64,000 nt of DNA from Nitrospinales bacterium. GTDB taxonomy: Bacteria > Nitrospinota > Nitrospinia > Nitrospinales > VA-1. Shown one piece after another: positions 39,239 through 49,343 of the stretch. The DNA is taken from NCBI GenBank assembly GCA_965262115.1, contig OZ253496.1, forward strand, positions 1,088,001 to 1,152,000. Reading direction: 5' to 3'. Made by a program: the position numbers and the translations under genes. Below the pieces are notes generated by a model that saw only the letters and a list, made by a program, of their open reading frames with translations, searched no databases and had not been told where the DNA came from. Numbering within the stretch: the stretch's first letter is position 1; each line of letters opens with the position of its first letter.

Positions 39239-39961
39239 CTAAACGAAAAGGCCATGGGTAATACTGGTCTCGAATATAATGCCCGCCCCAAGAAACAGCG
39301 TTGCCAATCCGATGAAAACCTGTAATCCCTGGTAAGTGCGGTTTGCGGCAAATTCAGAATACCGCAGAGGGATAACCATCATGATGGAAAGCAGGGCCAT
39401 ACCAACGATTGACCCGACTCCAAACAAAAATATGTAAACAAGCCCTGTTCCAATGGATGAAACGGAATTGAGGCTTAATAATATCAAGGCGGCGGAGCCT
39501 GCCATTCCATGCATCATCCCTACCATTAAAGCTCGCCCGGAGAACTGTTGTGAGTGGGTGTGCTGATGAGGGTTGCCTTGATGATCGACTTTATCCTGCG
39601 CATGGGAGTGAAAATGCAGATGAATGATTCCATCTGCATGGCGATGCGCATGAAGATGGATTCGCTTCTTGATGATTTCCTTTATGACTGCTCCGCCCAT
39701 GAACACCAGCATGCACCCAACAAAAAACTCCAAGGTAAGGGCCAACTGCTCGGGAATCATCGTGTCAACCATCAAGACGACCGAACCGAAAACAAATAAT
39801 GTGATCGTGTGCCCCAGGCCCCATGTCGCTCCCAGCGCAAGGCCCTCCCTGAGGGATGTCGCCTTCGAAGCCAAAGAAGCAACAGCAACAACATGATCGG
39901 CTTCCAAAGCATGCTTCAGACCCATCAGGAATCCAAGCAATAATATATTTATAAGTGTCAT
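39239..39961 (-). CDS. Nickel/cobalt permease (NiCoT/UreH-like)
   Basis: HALEADH, WGLGH, His-rich loop and GMMHGMAGS. Confidence 0.82.
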   Translation of the reverse strand: MTLINILLLGFLMGLKHALEADHVVAVASLASKATSLREGLALGATWGLGHTITLFVFGSVVLMVDTMIPEQLALTLEFFVGCMLVFMGGAVIKEIIKKRIHLHAHRHADGIIHLHFHSHAQDKVDHQGNPHQHTHSQQFSGRALMVGMMHGMAGSAALILLSLNSVSSIGTGLVYIFLFGVGSIVGMALLSIMMVIPLRYSEFAANRTYQGLQVFIGLATLFLGAGIIFETSITHGLFV

Positions 39962-40130
39962 TAACTATTCTGTTTCAGGGGCAAGCTTTTCAGGTTTAAT
40001 TCCTGACTTTATCTGGTTATGGCAGGTATTACAAGCAGAGCAATAGGGGATGTTCCTTAAATATAAATGCCTCGGTGGATTGAACCTATCAACTTAGAAA
40101 AGTAGTCTTCGTTGCCCCTCTGGCAAGAAG

Positions 40131-40176
40131 TGGTGAGCCGTCTCGGGATCGAACCGAGGACCTACTGATTAAGAGT
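40131..40176 (-). repeat. att site: 46-bp exact copy of the 3' part of tRNA-Lys
   Basis: Identical to 48616-48661. Confidence 0.92.
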
Positions 40177-40806
40177 TAAAAACAGCCACTTTTTATAACC
40201 GCTTGGCTTAGAGGCGGTTTCCCTCATTTGTTAATTTTTTAACCATTTAGAAACTGTCACTTAATTCTATTGAGTCCATTAATTCTGCCTGGAGAGCAAA
40301 TTTCTATCAAGGTTTTATCAAGGTCGTTTTTCTCCCATACCATTTCTCCCATACCAACTGAATAGCTATCAATTGGCCCAAACTTTTTACCCTCCGACTC
40401 CCTGCTCCCAAATCTGATGTAGGGTATTTTTTTATACTTTGATTCCAGGCTGGTTTTCCGTATCCCCCTTATTTTAAAGTCTTGCCAGTTCTTCCATTAG
40501 TTCTAGTAAGCCCAAGGCTTCCGCCTTAGTAGTCAATTTCTATCATAATTTTATCGTACATAACTGGCTCAGGTTTCTGGGGCAGGTCAGAATTATAATG
40601 AGGTTGGAAATGTTATAAAAAGGTGGTTTCCTATATTTTATTTGTAAAAATTGACTACATGCCGAATTCAGGTCGCACAGGATAACGATTTGTGGGATAC
40701 ACCTGCAAATTATTCATCTTTTTTACTTTTTCGACTTGTTTATGAGTACGACCGTAGTAAATAAATTTGATGCTGGTGTACTCAAAAACTCTAATTTAAC
40801 AGCCTA

Positions 40807-41922
40807 TCAAGGCATCTTGGTGATTTGTTGCATAATTGGACTGCTGTTTTTCAACCAGTCGAAACGTTTTCTGGACATATAAACGATATGGTCGGTGGCA
40901 GTTAGCATCAGGTCATTTTCCGGATTGAGGCTCAGCTTTTCTCCGTCTTTACTTTTGAGCCCTAAAATCTCAACCGGAAGTTTTAGCTGAATGGCCGCGA
41001 TCTTTAAACTTCCAATGCTAAACTCCCGATCATTCCCCTCCCAGGATTCCACTGGCGAATGGCTGATATAAATCTGATTGCCCTCGGCATTGGAGGACAG
41101 TTCCCGGTAAATTTGATACAAGCCGGGGTCTTCCAATTCCTGCACCAAAAGTCCCATTTGCAAGTCGGTGGTGCTGATGCCGCCATCGATGCCGAAGGTG
41201 CTGAGGTTGTTCAGGGTTTCGGCACGGCTACAGGTCATGACCGTGACGACTTGCGGCCAGTTTTTTTCGATGAGACCGGCTGTCAGGGTATTGGTGTCGT
41301 CCATCGCCGGGTCAGAGGCGGAAGAGGTGAGGACGCAAGCTTTGGACTGGGCCGCGTTGGCCCGTTGCAAAGTTTCCAAAGCCGATGGCAGGCCCATGAT
41401 AAATGCATCTATTTTACGAACCAAAAAATCAGGTATTTCTTTATCCCGGTTGGGTAAATTTGCCGTCACGATCACGCGGGGAATATCCTTGAAATCGGGA
41501 CTGTGGTCCAGCTCTTTCAATAATTCCGTTGTCTCCGCATAGGAAGGAACGTTCACAATGATCAAATGTCCTTTGCCTGTGTAATTGCCCTCGCCTTTCA
41601 TTTTTTTCATCCTCCTTTGCATGGCCCGTTCCAGAATGATCCCGGTCAAAACCCCAAAACAACCGATTCCTAGCATCGAGGTCACAACCGTGGTCCATCG
41701 TCCTTCAGGGGTCGCCGCTGAAATATCCCCATATCCGATCGTTGTTAAAGTGATGTATGCCGTCCACAGGCCGTCTGAAAAGGTCATATCCTTTTCGTAG
41801 GTCGACAGCACGAACGCAAAAATCAGAATCATTGAAAAAAAGATCAAGCCTAGGACGGAAAGCAACCGGATTTCCGGTTGCCTGAATTTTCTCAGGATGC
41901 GTTTAAATGGATAAAAAAACAT
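40807..41922 (-). CDS. Two-TM potassium channel with RCK-like domain
   Basis: TLTTIGYGD selectivity filter; HLII and RA.A RCK-type cytoplasmic domain. Confidence 0.88.
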   Translation of the reverse strand: MFFYPFKRILRKFRQPEIRLLSVLGLIFFSMILIFAFVLSTYEKDMTFSDGLWTAYITLTTIGYGDISAATPEGRWTTVVTSMLGIGCFGVLTGIILERAMQRRMKKMKGEGNYTGKGHLIIVNVPSYAETTELLKELDHSPDFKDIPRVIVTANLPNRDKEIPDFLVRKIDAFIMGLPSALETLQRANAAQSKACVLTSSASDPAMDDTNTLTAGLIEKNWPQVVTVMTCSRAETLNNLSTFGIDGGISTTDLQMGLLVQELEDPGLYQIYRELSSNAEGNQIYISHSPVESWEGNDREFSIGSLKIAAIQLKLPVEILGLKSKDGEKLSLNPENDLMLTATDHIVYMSRKRFDWLKNSSPIMQQITKMP

Positions 41923-42030
41923 GTTATCGATTTCCGTCCAAAAAGGCTCATTAAAGAACTTATTATAGCGGTTTACTCTAGAGAAGAAAAACTCTCATAT
42001 AAAACAAACGTATGTTTTATCCTTACGGTG

Positions 42031-42059
42031 TTGACACGGCGGGTTATATTTTATAGGGT
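42031..42059 (+). promoter_or_regulatory. Putative sigma-70 promoter
   Basis: TTGACA-17 nt-TAGGGT upstream of ORF 42104. Confidence 0.5.
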
Positions 42060-42103
42060 GATCAGCGGAAGGATATGTACCTTAATAGTTTGATTTTCTA
42101 AAA

Positions 42104-42841
42104 ATGCATCGAGGCAACCTTTTGACCGAGTTCAAACCATTGTTCAGGGAGACAGGGAGGTTTTCTCTTCTGCCTTTCTTACTTACCGCTCTTCTTTTCC
42201 AGGGTTGCGTGGTCGCACAGAATCCGGTAAAGAAAATTCAGAGTGAACTGAAAGGCGAGAAGGAATACGCCATTATTCTGAATGACATGCGCGAGGAGGG
42301 CAACTTCTTTCCATCCTACTACCACCAATACCGTGTTGATGTGGGAGAACGAAAATCCGTGCGTTCCTTCGTGGAAGTGGACAAATCGTATTATCAAAAA
42401 AATCAACCGTATCTCGGCATGGTCTTGGCCTCCAAAACCGTCGATGGCGCTGTCTCCACCACGCCCTTTCCAAACGGTTACCAATACGTTGGCAATTCCC
42501 AGTATGGCCGCTGGCGGGACAACAGCAGCGGTGGAAGTATGTGGGAGTTTTACGGAAAATACATGTTGATGTCCCAGATGATGAACTGGGCCGGGTTCGG
42601 GCTCAGCCGAAACCACTATAGCAATTATTCCTCTTTTCACAACGCAGGTAGGCCCTATTATGGGCCGAGGCAGGAATATGGGACCGCCGGGACGGTGACG
42701 AAAAAGCAAAAACCTAATTTTTTCAAAAGAAAAATGGCCAAAAAAGCCAGGTCACAATCCCGCTTCCAGAATAAAGTTAATCAACGCATGGGGCGGAGCA
42801 AAAACACCTTTAGAAGTCGCGGGTTCAGTTTCGGTAAATGA
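42104..42841 (+). CDS. Lipoprotein with G/Y/S/R-rich basic tail (analogue of YjfM/DUF1190)
   Basis: Lipobox FQGC; YVGN..YG.W, WEFYGKY; C-terminal RSRGFSFGK. Confidence 0.7.
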   Translation: MHRGNLLTEFKPLFRETGRFSLLPFLLTALLFQGCVVAQNPVKKIQSELKGEKEYAIILNDMREEGNFFPSYYHQYRVDVGERKSVRSFVEVDKSYYQKNQPYLGMVLASKTVDGAVSTTPFPNGYQYVGNSQYGRWRDNSSGGSMWEFYGKYMLMSQMMNWAGFGLSRNHYSNYSSFHNAGRPYYGPRQEYGTAGTVTKKQKPNFFKRKMAKKARSQSRFQNKVNQRMGRSKNTFRSRGFSFGK

Positions 42842-43689
42842 TTATGAATCTAGATCACATTTTGTCTTCCTTGGTTTACTTGGCCGCCTGTTTTGTTGTC
42901 TTTGTAGCCGGACACCTGGTGTTTAATCTTTTCCGGCGGAACTATGACGTCAAAAATGAACTGTTGGAAAAAGACAATGCGGCGTTCGCCCTGGTGCTGT
43001 GTGGTTATTATCTGGGATTAACATTCTCCATCGGCGGAGTGATCGCCGGGCCATCCGCCGGGATGGAAAGTGACTTGATCGATATTCTGATTTACGGGCC
43101 TTTGGCGATTTTATTGCTCAACCTCTCGGCTTTGATCAACGACCGCTTCATTCTTTCCGAGTTCGATATTCGCAAGGAAATTTTGCAGGACCAAAATTGC
43201 GGCACAGGCGTAGTCGAGTTCGCCGTTTTTGTTGCGACTGGACTCAATATCTTCGGAGCGCTATACGGTCAGGGTGGGTCAATTTTTACCGCTATTGCTT
43301 TCTGGGCTTTGGGGCAGACCGTTCTCGTCCTTGTTGGCAAGTATTATAACCTCATCACAAAATATAATATTCACGAGCATATTGAAAAAGACAATGTTGC
43401 CGTGGGTATCGGCTTTGCCGGAGCTCTGATAGGCATCGGAAACCTGCTACGTGCAGCTTCCGCCGAGCATTTTATTTCCTGGGAGGCCAACTTAACGACC
43501 TTTGGCCTTTACATGGTAGTGGGGCTCATTCTGCTTCCCGTTGCGCGCCTTCTCACAGACCGCATTCTTTTACCTGGACGCAGCTTGGCCGACGAGTTGG
43601 TCAACCAGATGAAACCCAATCAAGGCGCGGCTTTCTTGGAAGCCTCCTCCTACATCGGCGCCTCTTTCCTGATCACTTGGTGCATTTAA
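42838..43689 (+). CDS. Tandem DUF350 (YjfL-like) membrane protein
   Basis: Repeated EL.EKDNAA, EI..DQN.G.G and HIEKDNVAVG units between TM helices. Confidence 0.8.
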   Translation: MIMNLDHILSSLVYLAACFVVFVAGHLVFNLFRRNYDVKNELLEKDNAAFALVLCGYYLGLTFSIGGVIAGPSAGMESDLIDILIYGPLAILLLNLSALINDRFILSEFDIRKEILQDQNCGTGVVEFAVFVATGLNIFGALYGQGGSIFTAIAFWALGQTVLVLVGKYYNLITKYNIHEHIEKDNVAVGIGFAGALIGIGNLLRAASAEHFISWEANLTTFGLYMVVGLILLPVARLLTDRILLPGRSLADELVNQMKPNQGAAFLEASSYIGASFLITWCI

Positions 43690-43717
43690 AGCTGGGTCTT
43701 TTTAGTCACTGTTAATC

Positions 43718-45295
43718 ATGTCGACACCCGCCATAGATAACTCCGGTAAATCCAAGCTCCGCCGTTTGAGTTTTATTTTGAAAATCTGCGTCTTTACAAC
43801 CGGATGCGCGGCGATGGTGACCGAATACACATTAGCCACCCTGGCCAGCTACCTTTTAGGCGATTCCATTCGGCAATGGACAATAGTGATCTCCCTCATG
43901 TTGTTTTCCATGGGGCTGGGAAGCCGGTATAGCCGTAAATTTGAGGCACAACTACTGGACCGCTTTGTGCTGATCGAATCCGGCCTGTCGTTCCTGTGTA
44001 CGTTTTCCGCCATGTTCTGTTTTTGGATTTCGGCTTACACGATGCATTTCGGGCTTGTGGTATATGCCATTGCCTGCATGATCGGGTTTATGACCGGACT
44101 CGAGATTCCGTTGATCACGCGGATCAATCAGTCCTTTGAATCGTTACGGGAAAATATATCCTCGGTCATGGAATACGATTACTACGGCGGTTTGTTAGGC
44201 GGTGCCTTGTTTGCCTTTGTTCTGCTGCCATTTCTTGGGCTGACTTATACGCCTGTCCTCATTGGCAGCCTCAACCTACTGGTGGCTTCACTTATACTCT
44301 GGTACTTCCCAGATCGCTTGGCGCGGCCACGCATCCTCAATATCCAATTTGCAGCTTTGTTTATGACTGCGATCCTGGCCTTTGCGGTCGCCAAACCCAT
44401 TATCCTATACGGCGAACAGCACAAGTATAAGGATAAAATCGTTTACCAGGAACAAACCCGGTATCAGAAAATTGTCGTCACTCAATGGAAAGACGATTAT
44501 TGGCTTTTTATAAATGGGAGCACCCAATTCAGCACCTACGACGAGGAAAGATATCATGAACCCCTGGTACACCCCTTGATGGGGTTGATTAAGGAACGCA
44601 AGGATATCTTGCTCCTGGGAGGGGGAGATGGGTTTGCCGCCAGGGAAATCCTCAAATATCCCGATATGGAAAATCTCACCCTGGTCGATCTTGATCCGGC
44701 CATGACCCGGCTGGCCCGGCAGGATAAGATTTTTCTTGGTATCAATCAGGGCTCGCTCAACGACCCTCGCGTCCGTGTGGTCAATCAAGACGCCTATCAA
44801 TTCATAAAAAACTCCGGCAATCTGTACGATGCCGTTATCGTCGATCTTCCCGATCCTAAATCGGTTTCGTTGTCGCTCCTTTATTCGCTGGGGTTTTACA
44901 AGATGGTTGAGAAGCATCTAAAACCTTTTGGCGCCATGGTCACGCAAAGTACAAGCCCGTTGTATTCTCCCGAAGCGTTTCTTTGCATTAAAAAAACCAT
45001 GGAGGCCGCAGGCTTCTCGACCATCCCTTACCAGAATTCCGTGCCCAGCATGGGCCAGTGGGGATGGGTCCTTGGAGTCAGACAGAAAACGATGCCTGCA
45101 CAGCGCCTCAAACAAGAACTTTTGATGGTGGGATTCGCGGACATCGAGACCCGTTTTTTAAACCAGGGTGCTATGATCTCGATGGCGCATTTCGGCAAGG
45201 GGTTGTTTGAAAAAGAGGCCCAAATCGAACCCAACACCCAATTTGATCACAATATCTTGAAGTATTACCGGCAGGGCAATTGGGATGTGTATTGA
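43718..45295 (+). CDS. speE: Membrane-fused polyamine aminopropyltransferase (spermidine synthase-like)
   Basis: 7-TM N-terminus (ASYLLG, GLEIPL); YHEPLVHP, LGGGDG, VDLD and DLPDP. Confidence 0.85.
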   Translation: MSTPAIDNSGKSKLRRLSFILKICVFTTGCAAMVTEYTLATLASYLLGDSIRQWTIVISLMLFSMGLGSRYSRKFEAQLLDRFVLIESGLSFLCTFSAMFCFWISAYTMHFGLVVYAIACMIGFMTGLEIPLITRINQSFESLRENISSVMEYDYYGGLLGGALFAFVLLPFLGLTYTPVLIGSLNLLVASLILWYFPDRLARPRILNIQFAALFMTAILAFAVAKPIILYGEQHKYKDKIVYQEQTRYQKIVVTQWKDDYWLFINGSTQFSTYDEERYHEPLVHPLMGLIKERKDILLLGGGDGFAAREILKYPDMENLTLVDLDPAMTRLARQDKIFLGINQGSLNDPRVRVVNQDAYQFIKNSGNLYDAVIVDLPDPKSVSLSLLYSLGFYKMVEKHLKPFGAMVTQSTSPLYSPEAFLCIKKTMEAAGFSTIPYQNSVPSMGQWGWVLGVRQKTMPAQRLKQELLMVGFADIETRFLNQGAMISMAHFGKGLFEKEAQIEPNTQFDHNILKYYRQGNWDVY

Positions 45296-45319
45296 GGATG
45301 TAATTTAAACATTGAGCCC

Positions 45320-45874
45320 CTATAATTCACCCGGTAGGATATTGGTGAATTGATATTCCTCGACCTTGAATCCGACTTGCATGTCGAATTTGGTCTCGCC
45401 CCATTGTTCGATGGTGAGGAATTGTTCTTCCGCCTCATCTTCGTAATCCCAGGAGACAAAACTCAGGGCTTCCCCCGATCCGCCGCGAAAAAACTCGCCG
45501 ATATCGTCTTCCTCGAAAGTGAATTGTTTCCCCTGAAACACGACCGCCTCTGGCGGGTCTTCGTTGCGCTCGATTTCACCTGCAATGTCGCCTTCCAACT
45601 CCGAGATGGGGAGTTTACGGCACATGCTCCATTCGACTTCGCCATCTTCCTGGGTGCGCTCCAAAAACCAGGTTTCGTCGCCGGCCTTTAGTTCCCATTC
45701 GTCTGTGACACCGCCTTCGTTCCACTGGTATTTGTTGTATCCGGCGACACAGTAGGTTTGCATATCGTAATCGACCATGAAACCTGTTTTGAGTTTGGAG
45801 AGCACCAGATCTTCAATACGGAATTCTTTTTTGCCAAGCTCTTCTTTTTTCTTTTTGAAAAAATCAAAGACCAT
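45320..45874 (-). CDS. DUF4178 domain protein
   Basis: Acidic; EW.L, Y...E....FLTIEQW; downstream of the PspA gene. Confidence 0.7.
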   Translation of the reverse strand: MVFDFFKKKKEELGKKEFRIEDLVLSKLKTGFMVDYDMQTYCVAGYNKYQWNEGGVTDEWELKAGDETWFLERTQEDGEVEWSMCRKLPISELEGDIAGEIERNEDPPEAVVFQGKQFTFEEDDIGEFFRGGSGEALSFVSWDYEDEAEEQFLTIEQWGETKFDMQVGFKVEEYQFTNILPGEL

Positions 45875-45876
45875 GA

Positions 45877-46587
45877 TTATTTGAGCTTCATTTTAGCTTT
45901 AAGGGCGGCAAGGCTGTCAGAGGCTCCTGGCATGGACGAACCTTCACCCAGGGCTTTATTGATCTCATCATCAATGCTCTGTCCCGAATCGGCCATCTCA
46001 CCGTAGGCTTTAGACAAAGATTCGTCTTCCTCGACTTTGTCGCGCATTTTTTCAAGCATGACTATGGTGCTATCGGACCCGACTCTAGCAATTTGCGCAT
46101 TCAGCTTTCGCGTGGCAGCGGCGGTTTTGGCACGAGCACGCAGGGTGACCAGATCATTTTCGTAACGCTGAACGGTAGTGCGTAGTTTGTCCACGTTGCG
46201 TTGTAATTGAAGAACCATGCTTTCCTGGGAGGTCACCTCCTTGCTGAGCCGTAAGGCTTCTTTTGCTGCATCTTCTTTGCGCGAGAGAACCTCGGTTGCC
46301 AGCCTCTCAGCTTCAGACATTTCCAGTGATCCCTGCTCGGCTTTTTGCAACAGAGCCATAGCCTTACTTTCGTAATCTGCCGCAAGCTTCTTTTTGTTTT
46401 CCGCATCGTTTCTCATACGGATCACAATGCTTTTAACTTGCGCCAGGCTTTTCATGGATTCTTCCAAATCCTTTTTAAGTTCACGAATGCCCTGCTCAGT
46501 CATTTTGATAGGGTCTTCGAACTTGTCCACCGCAGAATGCGCCTCGGCCTTGCCCAGCCGCAGTATTCTTGTAAATAATCCGGTCAT
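45877..46587 (-). CDS. pspA: PspA/IM30 (bacterial ESCRT-III-like) protein
   Basis: GLFTRI...., EDP.KM.EQ.IRE, LRAR...A.A, coiled coil, LAALKAKM. Confidence 0.9.
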   Translation of the reverse strand: MTGLFTRILRLGKAEAHSAVDKFEDPIKMTEQGIRELKKDLEESMKSLAQVKSIVIRMRNDAENKKKLAADYESKAMALLQKAEQGSLEMSEAERLATEVLSRKEDAAKEALRLSKEVTSQESMVLQLQRNVDKLRTTVQRYENDLVTLRARAKTAAATRKLNAQIARVGSDSTIVMLEKMRDKVEEDESLSKAYGEMADSGQSIDDEINKALGEGSSMPGASDSLAALKAKMKLK

Positions 46588-46616
46588 TTTTTATCTCTCC
46601 ATTACAAAATTTATGT

Positions 46617-47009
46617 TTACCCGCGCACGAATGAAACCAGTTCGCTTGCATATTCTGCCAGCGCTAAACTCAATGCATCTATGCTTCCTTCCAATTCATT
46701 GCGGTCCAGGTTTTCTAATTGCAGGGTATCCCGGAATAATAGTGTTGTGCCTTCTTCGTCGAGAACAAAAGCACCGTGAACCAAAGTGCGATTGATTTGC
46801 AGAAGACGCTTGTAGAAGTCGGAAGAATCCTGAGGCATGGGGATGATGACTTGCTCAAGAATCAGGATAGGGGCTTCGCAATCAATCACGAGATTTTTGA
46901 TTCCTCGTTCATCATCATCTATAACCACCAACTCTTCCTTAGGGTCCTCATGGCTTATGGCAAACCCCATATCAAGTATAAAATCTTTCATTTTCTCAAA
47001 TTTGGACAT
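46617..47009 (-). CDS. YbjN/CesT-like chaperone-fold protein
   Basis: LL..N..L.HGAF.LD, FRDTLQLENLD; small and acidic. Confidence 0.75.
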   Translation of the reverse strand: MSKFEKMKDFILDMGFAISHEDPKEELVVIDDDERGIKNLVIDCEAPILILEQVIIPMPQDSSDFYKRLLQINRTLVHGAFVLDEEGTTLLFRDTLQLENLDRNELEGSIDALSLALAEYASELVSFVRG

Positions 47010-47021
47010 TATTTTCTCCTC

Positions 47022-47372
47022 TTACTTTTTTTTAAATGCTGAATCCAGAGTGCGATACTCCTGAGTCAATTGGCGGGTGAGTTCCTCGGCAATCTGTTTT
47101 TTCTTCGGATCAGAGCAATGAAGATCCGGGTGGTATTTTTTCATCTGCGTTTTCCATGCATTTTTTATCGTTGCCCGATCAGAGCCAACAGGTATTTCCA
47201 GGTTGGCGTAGTATTTCGCTAAGGGATCAAGAGCCGAATAAGAACTTGTATCTTTCTGATGGTCATTGAAAAGTTCAGGCTCTGGTGATGGGGTATCCAT
47301 TTTAGCCGATTTGTTTTTCTGTACCAAATCGCTCAATTCGGCTCGCGCAATATTGAAAAGACGCTTAATCAT
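47022..47372 (-). CDS. Small J-domain protein
   Basis: YY..LE......IK.AWK...KKYHPD. Confidence 0.85.
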   Translation of the reverse strand: MIKRLFNIARAELSDLVQKNKSAKMDTPSPEPELFNDHQKDTSSYSALDPLAKYYANLEIPVGSDRATIKNAWKTQMKKYHPDLHCSDPKKKQIAEELTRQLTQEYRTLDSAFKKK

Positions 47373-47908
47373 GTTGCCGTCGATAAAACCGGTAAACTAA
47401 TAGTGGTCCGGCTAATAGTGGAAATGTCACTTTCGGGATAAGTATGAACAGTGTAAAAGGTATTTGTATCAGAATTCAATGCCAAACCGGTAAAAGGCAG
47501 TGGCTTTCCTGAGAAACCCGGCACGCCGGGGAATTCATGAGTCAGTACCTGTGGCGGGGAAATCCCGTCTAACGAATTTAAAAATTTATCCATGTCATCA
47601 TACAGGTGGGCGACCTGTTCGACGCTGACCCGGTATGCAAGTTTGCCAGATCGATATTCCCGGTCATGCACGGCATCCGGTTGAATGCATACCTTCTCCA
47701 AGCCGTTCTCGGGTAATTTAGGGTCAAAGCAGGTAATGAATTCGGTAATACAGTTTTTTTCCAGGCGGCTTATCACTCGATGGCTTTTCCCAATGATACT
47801 GACTTCAAGAGACACTCCATTGTCGAGAACCCATTGAGTGCTTTGGAAGACACGCACACTGTAATCGGGTACCTGTTCGTACAGGCTGAAGTAAATCGGC
47901 TCTATCAT
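47369..47908 (-). CDS. DUF2617-like protein
   Basis: IIGKSH, FPG and T.HTYP motifs; operon context. Confidence 0.6.
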   Translation of the reverse strand: MIEPIYFSLYEQVPDYSVRVFQSTQWVLDNGVSLEVSIIGKSHRVISRLEKNCITEFITCFDPKLPENGLEKVCIQPDAVHDREYRSGKLAYRVSVEQVAHLYDDMDKFLNSLDGISPPQVLTHEFPGVPGFSGKPLPFTGLALNSDTNTFYTVHTYPESDISTISRTTISLPVLSTAT

Positions 47909-47995
47909 AGTTTGGAGATAGTTTCAGGCATCGTTCGGTGGTAACATCTGTTTCAGACAATAAAATCCTATCATGTTTTACCTTAAAAATATAAC

Positions 47996-48193
47996 TTGAA
48001 TGAAAATAACATTTTGAACCTTAAAATCCTTCTCCTACTATGCGGTCTGGCGGTGGCGCTGTATTTTTTATGGCCGATCCTTGTAATGGGGATTAAGATG
48101 TATATTTACCAGTTGATGATAGAATACGGATTCTATGTTCTTTTTCTCCTGGGAGGAACTGGTTTCTATTTCTGGCGGCGGCTTAAAGGCTAA
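47996..48193 (+). CDS. Small membrane protein
   Basis: Two hydrophobic segments and a basic C-terminus. Confidence 0.5.
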   Translation: MNENNILNLKILLLLCGLAVALYFLWPILVMGIKMYIYQLMIEYGFYVLFLLGGTGFYFWRRLKG

Positions 48194-48271
48194 CCGATTT
48201 AAAGGGAATATTGTGCGCAGTAAAAGGGTTTTTGCAGGGTGTAGAACGGAGATTTTGTCTACGGAGATGAA

Positions 48272-48526
48272 TTGATGCCAAGTGAAATCTGTAAATCGTG
48301 CGGCAAGCCGATGGTTTCCAAATTTCAGATGAATGCGCAGGTGGATGGAGTGGAGTTGCCCGTGCATTCACCTCTTGAAAGCAATATAGGCTATTGGCAT
48401 TGTGAACCTTGCGATGTCTATGTTTTTCGCGCTGAATACGTTGCAGGAAAGTCAAAATTGTTCCATAAGCGAATCAATATGGCTGTGGAAGGTTTGATGA
48501 AAAAGCAGTGGCAATTTTGGAAATGA
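48272..48526 (+). CDS. Small CxxC...CxxC protein
   Basis: CKSC, CEPC, terminal KKQWQFWK; GGAG RBS. Confidence 0.55.
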   Translation: MMPSEICKSCGKPMVSKFQMNAQVDGVELPVHSPLESNIGYWHCEPCDVYVFRAEYVAGKSKLFHKRINMAVEGLMKKQWQFWK

Positions 48527-48615
48527 TGAGGCCATCATTTATCAATATAGCCATGTTAGGTATGAGGAAAGATTGAAAAGAGGCTGATGGCGTAAGCCAT
48601 TACCCATTGATAAAT

Positions 48616-48691
<76 letters not shown>

Positions 48692-48748
48692 TCACTATTC
48701 GTCTGGATGGAAATACCGGGCCATTCTACCTAATCTGGTTCGATCTGG

Positions 48749-49078
48749 CTAGCCAAATATCCGTACCAACGCATGGTACTGCATCGCACTGATCGTTGCC
48801 GACAATCCACCCGCGATCAACGACAAAAATAAGAATTGATAGGCCTTGTCTTTATCTTCACGCATTTCCACGATATCGATCAGGAACGATATGAAGAGCA
48901 GCCCCAAAAATATCACCTTGGCCACATCCGGGAGAATGGATTCTGCCGCTTGCGCCGCCCCAGCCTGGAGGACCACCGCGCGCTCCTGAAAAATCCCGAT
49001 GCCATAGAGCCCCATCAGCATAAATGCCCAGACCTGCCGCAGGAGTATTTTTGTCTCATCCAGATTGATGCCAGCCAC
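48749..49078 (-). CDS. Hypothetical membrane protein
   Basis: Three TM segments; GAGG RBS before the GTG start. Confidence 0.65.
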   Translation of the reverse strand: MAGINLDETKILLRQVWAFMLMGLYGIGIFQERAVVLQAGAAQAAESILPDVAKVIFLGLLFISFLIDIVEMREDKDKAYQFLFLSLIAGGLSATISAMQYHALVRIFG

Positions 49079-49343
49079 AAAACCTCTTAGAAATCAGTAT
49101 TAAAAATGTTTGCACCCTCTGTAAGCAGGGATCATCTAATAAGGTACCTTAATAGACATAGCCAATAAGGGGTGACTTCCAACGGGTTTGCGGTCGTTTT
49201 CCCCAGCTTCAGCTATGCTATAATTGCACCCGTTTCCAACGTCTTTTAAAGAACATGTTCACGGCCCCCGGTTTTGGGGTTGTTCGGATAGTATAGGAAA
49301 GCACTTTCATTAATTATAATCTTTTTTGAGAAGGAAGCAGATT

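Noticed and set aside
40068..40095. GGATTGAACCT as a second decayed tRNA/att fragment
   Set aside because: The match is too short to distinguish from chance
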